Shown here: in pieces, positions 7,893-18,203 of the stretch | How positions within the stretch are numbered: the stretch's first letter is position 1 | Layout: each line of letters begins with the position of its first letter | DNA from: Jiulongibacter sp. | GTDB lineage: Bacteria > Bacteroidota > Bacteroidia > Cytophagales > Spirosomataceae | NCBI GenBank assembly: GCA_024645245.1 | Contig: JAHEBN010000004.1 | Coordinates: 5,184-69,183 of the forward strand | Length of the DNA: 64,000 bases | Direction: 5' to 3' | Made by a program: the position numbers and the translations under genes | The notes under the pieces: model-generated | Databases searched by the model: none | What the model was told of the DNA's origin: nothing | What the model saw: only the letters and a program-made list of their open reading frames with translations

Positions 7893-10055
7893 TCAGGAGT
7901 TTAAATCCATAGGTAAAGTTCGTACTCTTTTTCCGGTTAATTTGAAATATGCATTACCCAATGCAGGTGCAATAGGTGGTAGACCCGGCTCGCCAACGCC
8001 ACCCGGTGCCTCGTCATTTTGCACAATTACGCAATTTACCTCCGGCATTTCCTGCATTCGGAGGAAATGATAAGTGTCGAAGTTTTTCTGATCACTCTCA
8101 CCATTGCTAAATGTTATTCCACCCTTGATAGCAGCCGAAAGTCCCATCACAATATTTCCTTCCGTTTGTGCTTTAACGTGATCCGGGTTTACGTATTGGC
8201 CACAGTCTAAAACAGTGGTAACTTTTTTAATTTTTACACCTTCATTTGATTTAACCAAGTGCACGCAAGATGCACTCATTGATTCAAAAGAACGGAACAT
8301 GGCAATTCCTTTCGCTTCATTTTCAGGTAGCTTTTCAGCCCATTGGCATTCGTTTTGGAGGGTTTCCAGTACCAATTGATCTCTTTTCGATTTTTTAAGT
8401 AGCTCCATTCTCCCTTCCAACGGATCTTTTCCGGCCTCTGTAAAAAGTTCATCCAGAAAGCACTCCTGACCCCAACCAAAATTACTTGCATAAACCGATC
8501 GCCACCAAACCACCGGAATGTCGGTTTTTACACGGGAGTAAGATAATTTATGCACAGGGAAATTGTATTTGTGATTTTCTTCGCTTAATTCGCCAGAAAG
8601 CCACCCATCTGCCTCATATTCCGGCATATATTGAAAAACCTGCCCCTGAATGGATTCTCCGATTGCGTGATGATGGACTGCCTGAATGTTGTTTTTTTGA
8701 TCAATTACTGCACTCATTTGGCTCATCATGGCGGGTCTGTAAGGTCCTTGACTCATGTCGTCTTCTCTTGGCCAGATCAATTTTACGGGTGCTTTCATTT
8801 CTTTTGAAATAGCACAGGCCTCCATTAGAAAATCCATGTAGGCTTTTCTTCCAAACGAACCGCCTAAAAGAGTAGTATTAATTTTTACTTTTGCCTGATC
8901 AATTCCCAAATAAGCCGAGACTTCTTGTAAAGCACCATCAGGACCTTGAATTGGTGCCCATACTTCTGCACTGCCGTCAGCTTTAACATGAGCTGTAGCA
9001 TTTACCGGTTCAATAGCGGCATGAGATAGAAAAGGAGTTACATAAATAGCATCCAATTTCTTCGCTCCAAATTTGTAAACCGCATCGAAGTCGCCTTTTT
9101 CCTCGGCATTTACCCCTTTGTTTGCATCAGCAGAAAGCTGCATTTCTTTAAAGTATTTATCGGAACTCATTCTATCTGCTAAATCAGAATTGTCCCAGTT
9201 CACCTTAAGCAATTTACTCGCTTTCAGTGCCGACCAATAATTATCTGCCACTACAGCTACTGATTCCGAAGTGGTATGCGGCATTTTTCTTTCAGATTTG
9301 AAAATTGCCTTTACACCTTTTACGGATTTTGCCGCTGTATCATCAAAATTTATAATTTTGGAATGAATCATTGGGGAATGTACCATTACTGCATACTGCA
9401 TTCCGGGTACTTCTACATCGATGCCAAAAACCGCCTGACCGGTTACCCGACTAGGCACATCCAGTCTTTTGTGGTATTTTCCTAAATACCTGAACTCCGA
9501 TTTATCCTTTAATTTGGGATTCTGAGGAATCGGTAATTTGGATGCTTCTTCTGAAAGTTCGCCGTAAGAAAAGCTATCTTCCGATCCTTTCTTATAAACC
9601 CGGGCATCTTTGGCATAACAATTAGAAATGGAGGTATTCCAGCGTTTAGCAGCTGTTTCTATCAACATTTCTTTGGCCGCTGCACCTGCTTTTCGGAGTG
9701 GCAACCACAATCCTCTTACAGTGCTGCTACCGCCGGATTGCTGGCTTCCGTATTTAGTTTGCCCGTCTGATTGTACAATTTTAACCTGCTTGAGATCTAC
9801 CTCCAGCTCTTCGGCCAATAAAGATGGCACCGCCTGGGTAGAACCTTGTCCCATATCCGGGCGGCTATTTACTAAAGTAATGTTTCCGGCTGTATCAATA
9901 ATGATAAAGGGATTAATCTCCAAAATCATCACATTGGCGGGAATCTTTTTTAATTCGGCCGCTTTGGTCAGATTGCTCAATCCGAGCATAAGACCCAAAG
10001 TTCCTGTTCCCGATATTTTAAGAAAATCTCTTCTGTTTTGTATATTTTGTGACAT
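7893..10055 (-). CDS. molybdopterin-binding (beta) subunit of an IorAB / aldehyde-oxidase-family oxidoreductase, Tat-exported
   Basis: 720 aa. It has a twin-arginine signal (NRRDFLKISGTGTLGLMLG) and xanthine dehydrogenase family Mo-binding domain architecture. It lies directly downstream of the 2Fe-2S subunit gene. Confidence 0.88.
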   Translation of the reverse strand: MSQNIQNRRDFLKISGTGTLGLMLGLSNLTKAAELKKIPANVMILEINPFIIIDTAGNITLVNSRPDMGQGSTQAVPSLLAEELEVDLKQVKIVQSDGQTKYGSQQSGGSSTVRGLWLPLRKAGAAAKEMLIETAAKRWNTSISNCYAKDARVYKKGSEDSFSYGELSEEASKLPIPQNPKLKDKSEFRYLGKYHKRLDVPSRVTGQAVFGIDVEVPGMQYAVMVHSPMIHSKIINFDDTAAKSVKGVKAIFKSERKMPHTTSESVAVVADNYWSALKASKLLKVNWDNSDLADRMSSDKYFKEMQLSADANKGVNAEEKGDFDAVYKFGAKKLDAIYVTPFLSHAAIEPVNATAHVKADGSAEVWAPIQGPDGALQEVSAYLGIDQAKVKINTTLLGGSFGRKAYMDFLMEACAISKEMKAPVKLIWPREDDMSQGPYRPAMMSQMSAVIDQKNNIQAVHHHAIGESIQGQVFQYMPEYEADGWLSGELSEENHKYNFPVHKLSYSRVKTDIPVVWWRSVYASNFGWGQECFLDELFTEAGKDPLEGRMELLKKSKRDQLVLETLQNECQWAEKLPENEAKGIAMFRSFESMSASCVHLVKSNEGVKIKKVTTVLDCGQYVNPDHVKAQTEGNIVMGLSAAIKGGITFSNGESDQKNFDTYHFLRMQEMPEVNCVIVQNDEAPGGVGEPGLPPIAPALGNAYFKLTGKRVRTLPMDLNS

Positions 10056-10066
10056 GTGCTTTTTCG

Positions 10067-10558
10067 TTATCTGTTGCCTAATGATGATGATTCCTGCGTA
10101 TGGCTGGCAGCTCTGTGAATTGCCTTTTTAATGCGATCATATGTGCCACATCTGCAAAGGTTGCCATTCATGTAATTGGTGATATCCTCATCTGATGGAT
10201 TTGGATTATCGCGTAACAAGGCTACCGCAGACATTATTTGACCGGATTGGCAATAGCCACACTGAGGCACTTGTTCTTCTACCCAGGCTTCTTGAACTGC
10301 CGATAGCATTTCAGGAGTACCGATTCCTTCGATGGTGGTTATTTTACTCTTTTTCCCGAGACTACTAACAGGAATCTGACAAGATCGAACCGGTGTACCA
10401 TCAACATGAACAGTACAAGCACCACATTGGGCAATTCCGCAGCCATATTTGGTACCTTTAAGACCGACTGCATCGCGAATTGCCCAAAGCAATGGCATAT
10501 CCGCTTCCACGTCAATCTTGTATTTTTGATTATTTACAGTCAAAGCAAATACAGACAT
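10067..10558 (-). CDS. (2Fe-2S)-binding small (alpha) subunit of IorAB-type oxidoreductase
   Basis: 163 aa. Two [2Fe-2S] cysteine clusters are present: [12 protein letters not shown] and [14 protein letters not shown]. Confidence 0.9.
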   Translation of the reverse strand: MSVFALTVNNQKYKIDVEADMPLLWAIRDAVGLKGTKYGCGIAQCGACTVHVDGTPVRSCQIPVSSLGKKSKITTIEGIGTPEMLSAVQEAWVEEQVPQCGYCQSGQIMSAVALLRDNPNPSDEDITNYMNGNLCRCGTYDRIKKAIHRAASHTQESSSLGNR

Positions 10559-10639
10559 AATTTGAGTTTTTTGATATTTCCTATAAAAATAACTGATTTA
10601 CTCATTGAGTTCTTATTTTTGAGCCAAATAATAATTTTA

Positions 10640-11665
10640 ATGATAGCTGATTTTAGAAGTGATACCATTACAAAACCCACTCCTGGTATGCTGAATGCCA
10701 TGATCGAGGCAAAAGTGGGTGATGATGTTTTTGGAGATGATCCTACAGTAAATGAGTTGGAAAGCAAACTTGCAGGCTTGTTTCAAATGGAAGCCGCCAT
10801 GTTTTGTGCATCGGGTACCATGGCCAATCAGATTGCCATCCGTTGTCATACGCAACCGGGCTCGGAGGTGATTTGCCACAAAAACAGCCATATTTATCTT
10901 TATGAAGGTGGGGGAGTTTCCCTCAATTCTCTGGCATCTGTTAGATTATTAGATGGGGATCGGGGAATGATTACAGCTAATCAAGTTGCTGAAAATATCA
11001 ATAACAAGAATGATGTTCATGCCGCTATTACCTCGTTGGTGAGCTTAGAAAATACCATGAATAAAGGTGGTGGAGCTTGTTATGAACTAGATGAAATACG
11101 CGAAATAAACAAGGTCTGTAAGGAAAACGATTTGAAATTTCATCTTGATGGAGCCCGCTTGTTTAATGCTTTGGTTGCTAAAAAACAAAGTCCGGAAGAT
11201 TTTGGAAAGGAGTTTGATACCATTTCTGTGTGCCTTTCCAAAGGTTTGGGATGCCCGGTGGGCTCTGTTTTGTTGGGTTCAAAAGAAACCATGAACAAAG
11301 CCAGACGATTTAGGAAAGTAATGGGTGGAGGATGGCGTCAGGCTGGTTTTTTGGCCGCGGCAGGTATTTATGCCTTGGATAATCAGGTCGAAAGAATACA
11401 AGACGATCATGACAAAGCCAAAGTTCTTGCGGCTGTACTAAAAAGCCTGGGCTTTGTACAAAAAGTAATGGAATGCGAAACCAATATTGTAATATTTGAA
11501 CTAATAGATAGCATTTCTCCCCAACATTTCGTTAGTAGCTTATCTGAAAAAGGCGTGGCTTGTGTTACCTTTGGCAAAAAATTGGTCAGGTTTGTCACTC
11601 ACCTGGATATAACAGACAGTCAACTGGATCAAACCATCGATATTCTGAAATCATTTAAATTCTAA
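10640..11665 (+). CDS. ltaE: low-specificity L-threonine aldolase
   Basis: From the ATG at 10640: MIADFRSDTITKPTPGMLNAMIEAKVGDDVFGDDPTVNELE..ASGTMANQIA..SVCLSKGLG (PLP-Lys context). The ORF-track start at 10406 would overlap the convergent-orientation iorA gene and adds non-homologous residues. Confidence 0.9.
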   Translation: MIADFRSDTITKPTPGMLNAMIEAKVGDDVFGDDPTVNELESKLAGLFQMEAAMFCASGTMANQIAIRCHTQPGSEVICHKNSHIYLYEGGGVSLNSLASVRLLDGDRGMITANQVAENINNKNDVHAAITSLVSLENTMNKGGGACYELDEIREINKVCKENDLKFHLDGARLFNALVAKKQSPEDFGKEFDTISVCLSKGLGCPVGSVLLGSKETMNKARRFRKVMGGGWRQAGFLAAAGIYALDNQVERIQDDHDKAKVLAAVLKSLGFVQKVMECETNIVIFELIDSISPQHFVSSLSEKGVACVTFGKKLVRFVTHLDITDSQLDQTIDILKSFKF

Positions 11666-11668
11666 ATT

Positions 11669-12439
11669 TTGCGTAAATTATTCATCTTTTTCCTGTTTCT
11701 ACCTCACATCGGTTATTCTCAAGATTTTAAAAATGCATTTAAAGTTAGCGTATCGGCAGCAGCGACTAAAATCTACGCAGTACAGCATGAATACCGTTTC
11801 ACAGATCACCTTAGCTTTAATCATACTCTGTTTTACAGACCCAAATCAGGTATTCCATTTGGAACTCAATTAGATAAATTGGCCAAATCGAGGGGATTAG
11901 GAATTACCGGTGTTGATTTTAAATACATTTATGTAAATGAAGCCAAAATAGGTGTAAAAGGCTATTCACCCGAATTGAGGTATTATTTTGGCAAAAAAAG
12001 GAGTAAAGCTTTTTTAGGTGGCTTTGCCCAATTCGAAAGGTATGATACCGATTTGCCGGCACAACTTTCAGTTCAGTATCAATCTAATATTGTAGAAATA
12101 AAGGCTCCTGTAAACTTTGATATTCGTACATTTTCCGGCGGAATTCTAATAGGTAAACAATTTTGGTTTGGCAATAAAGTAAGTTTGGATTTTGTACTTT
12201 TTGGTCCACATTTTGGCAAGGCTTCTAAGGTTTATGCCAAAGTGCAGGATTCCTTATTAGAACGATTAAATTCCATGGACCAGGACTATCTAAAAAATAA
12301 AGTTATTGAACGATTCAGGTTAAGTGAAACTTATTACGATGTAAGTGTTGCGGGCGATAAGGCTGAAATCATCAATAAACAAAGGGTTCCGTATCTCGGA
12401 ATTCGAGGAGGTGGGCTTAATTTGGGTATTAATTTTTAA
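11669..12439 (+). CDS. hypothetical outer-membrane beta-barrel-like protein
   Basis: A TTG start lies 3 nt after the ltaE stop. The signal peptide is MRKLFIFFLFLPHIGYSQ. Amphipathic strand segments alternate through the sequence, and it ends LNLGINF (aromatic C-terminus). Confidence 0.5.
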   Translation: MRKLFIFFLFLPHIGYSQDFKNAFKVSVSAAATKIYAVQHEYRFTDHLSFNHTLFYRPKSGIPFGTQLDKLAKSRGLGITGVDFKYIYVNEAKIGVKGYSPELRYYFGKKRSKAFLGGFAQFERYDTDLPAQLSVQYQSNIVEIKAPVNFDIRTFSGGILIGKQFWFGNKVSLDFVLFGPHFGKASKVYAKVQDSLLERLNSMDQDYLKNKVIERFRLSETYYDVSVAGDKAEIINKQRVPYLGIRGGGLNLGINF

Positions 12440-12569
12440 GTTTTGGTCCCATTTTAAGTTCAGTTATTGGGTTGAAAATATGAATTTGTAATTGGCAACT
12501 GGGTTAATACTCTGTAGTATTTCCCAAATTTTAGTAGCTAATTATAAGAAAAATGCTTTTATACCTCTT

Positions 12570-13289
12570 TCAAACTTCAAAAACCACTTCATCATAATCC
12601 AGTCTTTCCCGATCACCAATTATTCCCTCGGGAAGCCCTTTTCCGCAACCAATAACAATTGCAGGATCGGCAGAAGCAGGTAAATTCAGAATTTTTCTTA
12701 CTAAATCAGCATTAAAACCCTCCATCGGACAGGTATTGTAACCTTCGGCTTGCATAGCTAGCATAAAGGTTTGAGCCGCTATTCCTAAAGATTTATTGCT
12801 CACCACTCTTACATCACTTTTGGTAGTCCATTTCATCAAGGCTTTTCCTTGCCGACTTTTAATATTTATGATAATTTTTCGAAACCAGGTTTTAAACGGG
12901 GCTGGGGAATGGTTGTAAAAAAACGGCATTTGCTTGCCGTAGTATTCCAAAGTACGTTTTTCCCTTTTACTTAATTCTTTCCCGGGCTCGGTATTGTTTT
13001 TTTTCAAATGCCACTTAATTCTATTTTTCCAAAGATCTATCCGGCTAACAAACACTACCAATTCGGAGGCTGTACGAGCGGCACCCTGATTCATACAGGC
13101 CTCGGCCATTTCTTTTTTCTTTTCTGTCGAAATTACCCGGTAGAATTCCCAGGTTTGCAGATTGGATGAGTTGGGTGAAAGTATGGCTATTTCCAGGCTT
13201 CTTTTTACAGCTTCCTGATCAAAATTATGCTGGGTGTCAAACTTACGTACAGACCTCCTTTCTCGTACAATCCTTTCAAATTCAGTCAT
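12570..13289 (-). CDS. nitroreductase family protein
   Basis: RRSVRKFD near the N-terminus, SPNSSNLQTWEF, and a C-terminal GIIGDRE-like region are typical of the NADH oxidase/FMN nitroreductase fold. Confidence 0.82.
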   Translation of the reverse strand: MTEFERIVRERRSVRKFDTQHNFDQEAVKRSLEIAILSPNSSNLQTWEFYRVISTEKKKEMAEACMNQGAARTASELVVFVSRIDLWKNRIKWHLKKNNTEPGKELSKREKRTLEYYGKQMPFFYNHSPAPFKTWFRKIIINIKSRQGKALMKWTTKSDVRVVSNKSLGIAAQTFMLAMQAEGYNTCPMEGFNADLVRKILNLPASADPAIVIGCGKGLPEGIIGDRERLDYDEVVFEV

Positions 13290-14129
13290 TTATTTGAGAT
13301 TTTTTTTAATAAACTGATCAACTTTGGTCATAAAATTTTGTTCAGAGAACATCGGGCCACCATGTCCTTGCTCCTGAATTACCTCCATTTTAGTGCTTAT
13401 ATTCGCATTTTTTAATTTGGCGAAGAGTTCCAGGCTTTGGTTAATGGGCACCTGATTGTCCTGATTACCGTGTGCAATAAATACAGGAGGGTCATTTTTA
13501 TCTACATAAAATACCGGACTGGCTAATTTGGTTTCTTCAGATGCCGGATCGAATGGTTTACCAAAAAACAGAGCCAATGCAGGAGCACGAACGCTTATAC
13601 CATGCGGAGTAGACTGATAAAGAATGGTTTGGAAATTACTTGGTCCGAAAAAATCAATTACCAAATTTACATCAGAACTTTCCGCTTTATAATCTCCCAA
13701 TGTTCCTTCCAAATAAGAATCGCCATTACTTAAGCCGGCTAAAGCTACCAAATGACCACCTGCTGAAGAGCCCCAAAGTATAATTTTATCTTTATTAAAA
13801 TGGTACTTTTCCGCATTCCTACGAAGAAACCGAACAGCGGCCTTAATGTCGTGAATCATGGCTGGGAAAACAGCTTCCGTACTCAGCCTGTAATCTATAC
13901 TAGCTAAAGCATAGCCCAATTTGACTAATTCCATAGGTGGGTTTTCTTTACTACCCGAATGCCAGGCACCTCCATGCACCCACACAATAAGAATCGGATT
14001 TTGGGTGTTTTCTGGTAAATAAAGGTCTAATAAAAGTTTTTTTTGTTCCGTTTGGGCATATTCCAGATTTTTTAAATTTTGCCCGAAACTTGAAATGGAT
14101 AGGATTAAGAGGATTGAAATTTTATTCAA
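13290..14129 (-). CDS. secreted alpha/beta hydrolase (esterase/lipase, HGG-type)
   Basis: It has a signal peptide, the oxyanion motif VHGGAWHSG, the nucleophile elbow GSSAGGH, and a C-terminal GHGG. Its TAA stop abuts the ATG of the next gene. Confidence 0.85.
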   Translation of the reverse strand: MNKISILLILSISSFGQNLKNLEYAQTEQKKLLLDLYLPENTQNPILIVWVHGGAWHSGSKENPPMELVKLGYALASIDYRLSTEAVFPAMIHDIKAAVRFLRRNAEKYHFNKDKIILWGSSAGGHLVALAGLSNGDSYLEGTLGDYKAESSDVNLVIDFFGPSNFQTILYQSTPHGISVRAPALALFFGKPFDPASEETKLASPVFYVDKNDPPVFIAHGNQDNQVPINQSLELFAKLKNANISTKMEVIQEQGHGGPMFSEQNFMTKVDQFIKKNLK

Positions 14130-14161
14130 TGGGTTTCGCTTTAATAGTTCAAATTAAGTAT

Positions 14162-15046
14162 TCAGGAGGAAATTTCTTCGATTTCTATACATTTTTCATT
14201 TTCTTCTTCCATTTCAATAGTTACATGGCTAATGTGTTCTTTTCGGAGACTGTTTTTCAATAACTTTTTCAGATCTGAACTTTCGGAATCTGTAGTTTTT
14301 ACCACATGCAAAGTCATAATGCAGTAGTGCCCATCCAGACTCCAGATTCGTAGATCGTGTATTTCTTTAATACCAGCGTGCGATATAATAAGTTCTTTTA
14401 TTTCTTTCACATCTACTTCCTCTGGTATTCCCTGAAGTATTACGCGGAAAACAGATTTCAGGTTTTTGAATACATTCCATAGTACAAATGCCGAAATTCC
14501 AAGAGAGAGTAAAGGATCTATCCAGTTCCAATGAAAGAAATAAATCAAAGTGCTACCAATTAACACGGCCACCCAACCTAAAACATCTTCCAGCAAATGC
14601 CACATGACTACTTTTTCATTCAGACTAGAACCGGATTTAAGTCGCAAAATGGCCATTCCATTGATTATGATTCCCAAAATCGCCAGGAAAAACATGATCT
14701 TTCCATCACTTGGTTCTGGATTAATCAAACGATATACACTTTCGTACAAAATATAAATGGATCCAGTAACCAGAATTATGGCATTTATCAAAGCTCCTAC
14801 CACGGAAAATCTACCATAGCCGTAGTTGTACGTTTTGTCTTCTTTTAAATTAGATTTTTTTTGAAAATACCAGGCTATACCTAGTGATAGACTATCTCCA
14901 AAATCATGAAGTGAGTCGGCCAGAATGGAAACAGAATTGCTTAAAATGCCACCTGCAAACTCAATAATACAAAATCCAAGATTAAGCCAGAATGCCGTTT
15001 TTATATTTTCGGTGCCGTGATGATGATGCTCGTGACTATGCCCCAT
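14162..15046 (-). CDS. cation diffusion facilitator (CDF) family metal efflux transporter
   Basis: It has a His-rich N-terminus (MGHSHEHHHHG), six TM segments, LADSLHDFGD and HLLEDVLGW motifs, and a cytoplasmic C-terminal domain. Confidence 0.9.
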   Translation of the reverse strand: MGHSHEHHHHGTENIKTAFWLNLGFCIIEFAGGILSNSVSILADSLHDFGDSLSLGIAWYFQKKSNLKEDKTYNYGYGRFSVVGALINAIILVTGSIYILYESVYRLINPEPSDGKIMFFLAILGIIINGMAILRLKSGSSLNEKVVMWHLLEDVLGWVAVLIGSTLIYFFHWNWIDPLLSLGISAFVLWNVFKNLKSVFRVILQGIPEEVDVKEIKELIISHAGIKEIHDLRIWSLDGHYCIMTLHVVKTTDSESSDLKKLLKNSLRKEHISHVTIEMEEENEKCIEIEEISS

Positions 15047-15263
15047 GTCTGCTTTCTTTTTTCAAATCTAAAAAAGGATTTTACGCAACAGGGCTGCAAA
15101 AGGATAAAAAATTAGATTGAAATAGTTTATTAAGACAGGAAAATAAATATTTTGGACTTATTTATTAGAATATTGGAATGTTTTTTGCGTTTTTTCATTT
15201 TAAGAAGTATCTAAGCCGAACTTTTTACTTTTATAAAGCGGTTTAATATAAAAAATAATAACA

Positions 15264-15818
15264 ATGCGTAAATTTTTGATTTTACCTTTTGCTGCTTTCC
15301 TGATAATGTCATTTGCTGTTAAACCAGAAGTTGAACCACAGGAAGGAATTAAATGGATGTCGCTGGAAGAGGCTTATGCTAAATCTCAACAAGCTCCTAA
15401 GAAAATATTGATAGATGTATACACGGGCTGGTGTGGCTGGTGCAAAGTAATGGATAAGAAAACATTCACAAATACGGAAGTTATCAAATTTGTAAATCAA
15501 AACTATTACGCTGTAAAGCTGGATGCTGAGTCTACCAAAGATATTAAGATTGGAGAGAAAGTATATAAATACGATGCCAATAGCCGTGCCAATGAAGCAG
15601 CAGTGGCTTTGCTTCAAGGCAAAATGAGCTACCCGAGTATTGTATATTTAGACGAATCTTTCAATATGATTCAGCCTATTCCCGGATACATGGAAGCGAG
15701 GCAATTTCATGAAGTTATTACTTTCTTAGGTGGTAATTATTATAAAACCGAGGCTTTTGAAGCCTACAAAGAGGGTACTTACAAGACCAAATTTAAAAGT
15801 GCTTTGGTTTCGCTTTAA
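15264..15818 (+). CDS. thioredoxin-fold protein (DUF255/thioredoxin-like), secreted
   Basis: It has a signal peptide and the CxxC motif YTGWCGWCKVMD. Confidence 0.78.
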   Translation: MRKFLILPFAAFLIMSFAVKPEVEPQEGIKWMSLEEAYAKSQQAPKKILIDVYTGWCGWCKVMDKKTFTNTEVIKFVNQNYYAVKLDAESTKDIKIGEKVYKYDANSRANEAAVALLQGKMSYPSIVYLDESFNMIQPIPGYMEARQFHEVITFLGGNYYKTEAFEAYKEGTYKTKFKSALVSL

Positions 15819-15826
15819 TTTGAAAA

Positions 15827-16765
15827 TTAAACAGCTATCAGGTTTACAAGTAGGGCAATAACTACCGAAACCGTCATGCCAATAATTAATTTTGCAAAAT
15901 CTTTTCTCAAAATAGGGAAAAGATTTTTCATTTTACGGTGTTGCGAAAGTGTAGTTATAGCCATTTCTCTACCTGAAAGAAGTCCTATAAAAACCCATGT
16001 GGTAGACATAGGCACTGAATTCCATTCCTTAAAAACCAGTAATATTAAAGCATATACAAAATCTATAATGGTAGCGGAGCGTACGTATTTAGTGTTCGTT
16101 TTATTCAATACTATCTTTTGAATAGATCCACCACCTTCTTTGAAAATAATGAAAATGGTAGCAGTAAAAAATACCAAAATAAGTATAAACATCTGAAAAG
16201 AAACCTGACGAGGCAAATAAACCGAAATATTTGCAACATCATGCGTTAACCAGCTCCACCACAAAAATCCCGTGGATAGCCATTGAAGTCTTACCCAAAA
16301 TTGCCTGTTTGTATTTCGTGGACTTTTCTTTTCATCCAATACTTTGGAAATGGCAATCCAGAAAATATAGGCTGTTACGGCTGCAACTCCGTAACCAATC
16401 ATGGTTTTAACTAACATTTCTTTAAAAACATCCATACTGGTGAATGTTGCCAAAATAAGAAAAGAAGTAGAAACAGGAATACTTAAGCGGGTTAGAATAA
16501 TTAGTACTAGCGGAGCAATTCCATGATACCATTTTATTTCCTGATACGGAATTTTACTGAGTCTTTGGTAGGAGATATCTCCATCATAAGCATACCAACT
16601 GTAAGAAACAGCAATTATTAAGCCGAGTGAAGCAAAGAATGCAAGGTAATACCATGATGTTTTTCTATTGGATGACATCCAGGTACCCAGAGTCTGAATA
16701 GAGTCATTTGCAATTACCGAATAGGAGGCGAGCAGAAAAAAAATAATAGAATAAAATTGTTCCAT
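15827..16765 (-). CDS. divergent short PiT/PHO4-superfamily membrane protein
   Basis: An ATG at 16765 (MEQFYSIIFF..) avoids overlap with the upstream gene. PiT-like signature pairs are present: ANDSIQTLGT / IPVSTSFLILATF and THDVANISV / VPMSTTWVFIGLLSG. Confidence 0.55.
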   Translation of the reverse strand: MEQFYSIIFFLLASYSVIANDSIQTLGTWMSSNRKTSWYYLAFFASLGLIIAVSYSWYAYDGDISYQRLSKIPYQEIKWYHGIAPLVLIILTRLSIPVSTSFLILATFTSMDVFKEMLVKTMIGYGVAAVTAYIFWIAISKVLDEKKSPRNTNRQFWVRLQWLSTGFLWWSWLTHDVANISVYLPRQVSFQMFILILVFFTATIFIIFKEGGGSIQKIVLNKTNTKYVRSATIIDFVYALILLVFKEWNSVPMSTTWVFIGLLSGREMAITTLSQHRKMKNLFPILRKDFAKLIIGMTVSVVIALLVNLIAV

Positions 16766-16784
16766 AATATCTAAATTACAAAAA

Positions 16785-18203
16785 TCAATTGGCCATCCAA
16801 CGGAATAAAAGGAACAGGCCACATGATAATGTAATGCTAACTGGCAAAGTTAAGAGCCATGCCAAAGCTATATTTTTTATAGTTCCGGATTGTAAATTTT
16901 TGACACCTTTGCTGGCCACCATACTTCCGGCAATTCCCGAACTTAAGGTATGGGTAGTACTCACAGGCATTCCAAAACCCGAGGCAAGTCCGATTGTGGC
17001 TGCTGCTACAAGCTCTGCTGAAGCCCCCTGAGCATAAGTAAGATGTGTTTTTCCGATTTTTTCGCCAATGGTTACCACAATTCGTTTCCAACCAATCATA
17101 GTGCCAAATCCAAGCGAAAGTGAAATCATCAATACTACCCAAAATGGTGCATAATCAGTTGCTTTTCTAAGGCCTTTTTCTTCTTTGGTAGCCAAATTGG
17201 CCAAATCAACTTTTTGCTTGCTACTTAAATTGATATTTTCAGAATTTAGGAGACTTTTTACGTCCTTTGAAATCTTTATTAATGTACCACGTACCACAAG
17301 TTTAGAGGTAGTATCCTTTTCTGGATTGGCAACTATCGGTTGAAGGAAATGTATATTTTCATGTAATTTACTAACCAAAATTTTATCACCAACTCCTAAT
17401 CCCGAGGTGTCTATCTTACTTACAATTCCATCAATTTGTCTGATTTCACCATCCAGTTTTCTGAATTCACTATCCGAGGTAATGGCAAAATAGGAGGGCA
17501 GAACACCTATTAAAATAAGCATAACCAAGCCAATTCCTTTTTGGCCATCGTTTCTTCCGTGAAAAAAGCTTACCAAAGTGCAAGTACTAATCAAAACCCA
17601 ACGAATCCACGTTGGCGGAACAGCATCTTTTTTAGGTTCGGAGAATATTGCCTTACGTAAGTCTCGTCGTAGGGCATTTCGGGTTACAAACATCAACAAA
17701 ATAGCTAAGGTAAAACCAATTAATGGGGCGAGTAGTAAGCCCGTAAAAACATCTTTGGCTTTGTCCCAATTTACTGCAGCAATACCCAACTCATTATCCG
17801 GTAACAAAGCATAACCCAAACCAACCCCTAAAATTGCTCCAATCAGTGTGTGAGAACTGGAAGAAGGAAGACCAAAATACCAGGTTCCAAAATTCCAGAT
17901 AATGGCAGAAATCAACATAGCCATTACCATAGCAATAGAATTGTAGGCGTTTTGCTCTATTAATAATTCCACTGGCAATAGATTAACAATGCTCATGCCA
18001 ACTCCTACTCCACCCGTTAATACACCAATGAAATTCATAAAACCAGACCAAACTACAGCTTGAGTTGGTTTTAAAGATTTGGTATAAATAACGGTAGCTA
18101 CTGCATTGGCGGTGTCATGGAATCCATTGATGAATTCAAAGAAACAGGCAGCTAATAATGCAATAAATAATAGAATGAAAATTCCGGATTCTAATCCAAA
18201 CAT
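16785..18203 (-). CDS. pit: inorganic phosphate transporter, PiT family
   Basis: Motifs: FEFINGFHDTANAVATVIYT, FHGRNDGQKGIG, MPVSTTHTLSSGIAGSM. A long central hydrophilic loop is present. Confidence 0.9.
   Translation of the reverse strand: MFGLESGIFILLFIALLAACFFEFINGFHDTANAVATVIYTKSLKPTQAVVWSGFMNFIGVLTGGVGVGMSIVNLLPVELLIEQNAYNSIAMVMAMLISAIIWNFGTWYFGLPSSSSHTLIGAILGVGLGYALLPDNELGIAAVNWDKAKDVFTGLLLAPLIGFTLAILLMFVTRNALRRDLRKAIFSEPKKDAVPPTWIRWVLISTCTLVSFFHGRNDGQKGIGLVMLILIGVLPSYFAITSDSEFRKLDGEIRQIDGIVSKIDTSGLGVGDKILVSKLHENIHFLQPIVANPEKDTTSKLVVRGTLIKISKDVKSLLNSENINLSSKQKVDLANLATKEEKGLRKATDYAPFWVVLMISLSLGFGTMIGWKRIVVTIGEKIGKTHLTYAQGASAELVAAATIGLASGFGMPVSTTHTLSSGIAGSMVASKGVKNLQSGTIKNIALAWLLTLPVSITLSCGLFLLFRWMAN

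Noticed and set aside
9628-10131. 167-aa plus-strand ORF overlapping iorB/iorA
   Set aside because: It lies entirely within or antisense to two well-supported genes and has no recognisable motifs.
10406-10639. N-terminal extension of the threonine aldolase ORF
   Set aside because: It overlaps the iorA coding region on the other strand, has no homology, and the conserved LtaE N-terminus starts at the ATG at 10640.
16766-16822. Upstream start (16822) for the PiT-like gene, giving a 38-nt overlap with pit
   Set aside because: The ATG at 16765 gives an N-terminus that starts directly with the first TM and removes the overlap. The extension (MACSFYSVGWPIDFCNLDI) has no signal or TM character.
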